DNA of 64,000 nt from Paraspadella gotoi (taxonomy: Eukaryota; Animalia; Chaetognatha). A program made the position numbers and the translations under genes. The stretch lies in contig CM119263.1 of the NCBI GenBank assembly GCA_051294375.1, positions 578,019 to 642,018 on the forward strand, in the 5' to 3' direction. Below are positions 63,940 through 64,000 of the stretch, one piece after another; the first letter of the stretch is position 1, and each line of letters starts with the position of its first letter. Under the pieces are notes generated by a model, which did not search any database, was not told where the DNA came from, and saw nothing but the letters and a program-made list of their open reading frames with translations.

Positions 63940-64000
63940 TCTCTCTCTCTCTCTTTTTCTCTCTCTCTCTTTCTCTGTATCGTGTATTTCCTGGTGACAG

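Overview
Eukaryotic (probably invertebrate animal) draft-genome sequence: AT-rich, full of (CT/GA)n, (GTC)n, (GATA)n and (CTTT)n microsatellites, with many N gaps and indel-rich, apparently unpolished long-read segments. Most ORFs in the supplied track are microsatellite or gap noise. Supportable content: (1) a phase-consistent five-exon minus-strand gene at 19.3-30.5 kb, product unknown; (2) a minus-strand exon series at 57-62 kb, including three symmetric 66-69 nt exons that each encode an [ED]F[WF]KM motif; (3) a microsatellite-free island at about 9.9-16 kb with frameshifted GC-rich exon-like blocks, which contains an array of five covarying hairpins (14.55-14.77 kb) and a ~0.9 kb random-looking foreign segment (10.73-11.63 kb); (4) a Penelope-type minimal hammerhead ribozyme motif at 61.72 kb; (5) a Tc1/mariner-like MITE, Helentron/DINE-like short elements and many minisatellites; (6) large fold-back palindromes and exact duplications (1-5.8 kb, 34.1-35.6 kb, 38.5-60.5 kb) that are most likely sequencing or assembly artefacts. 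I found no rRNA, tRNA, cas gene or recognisable named gene. All coordinates and counts were read by eye.
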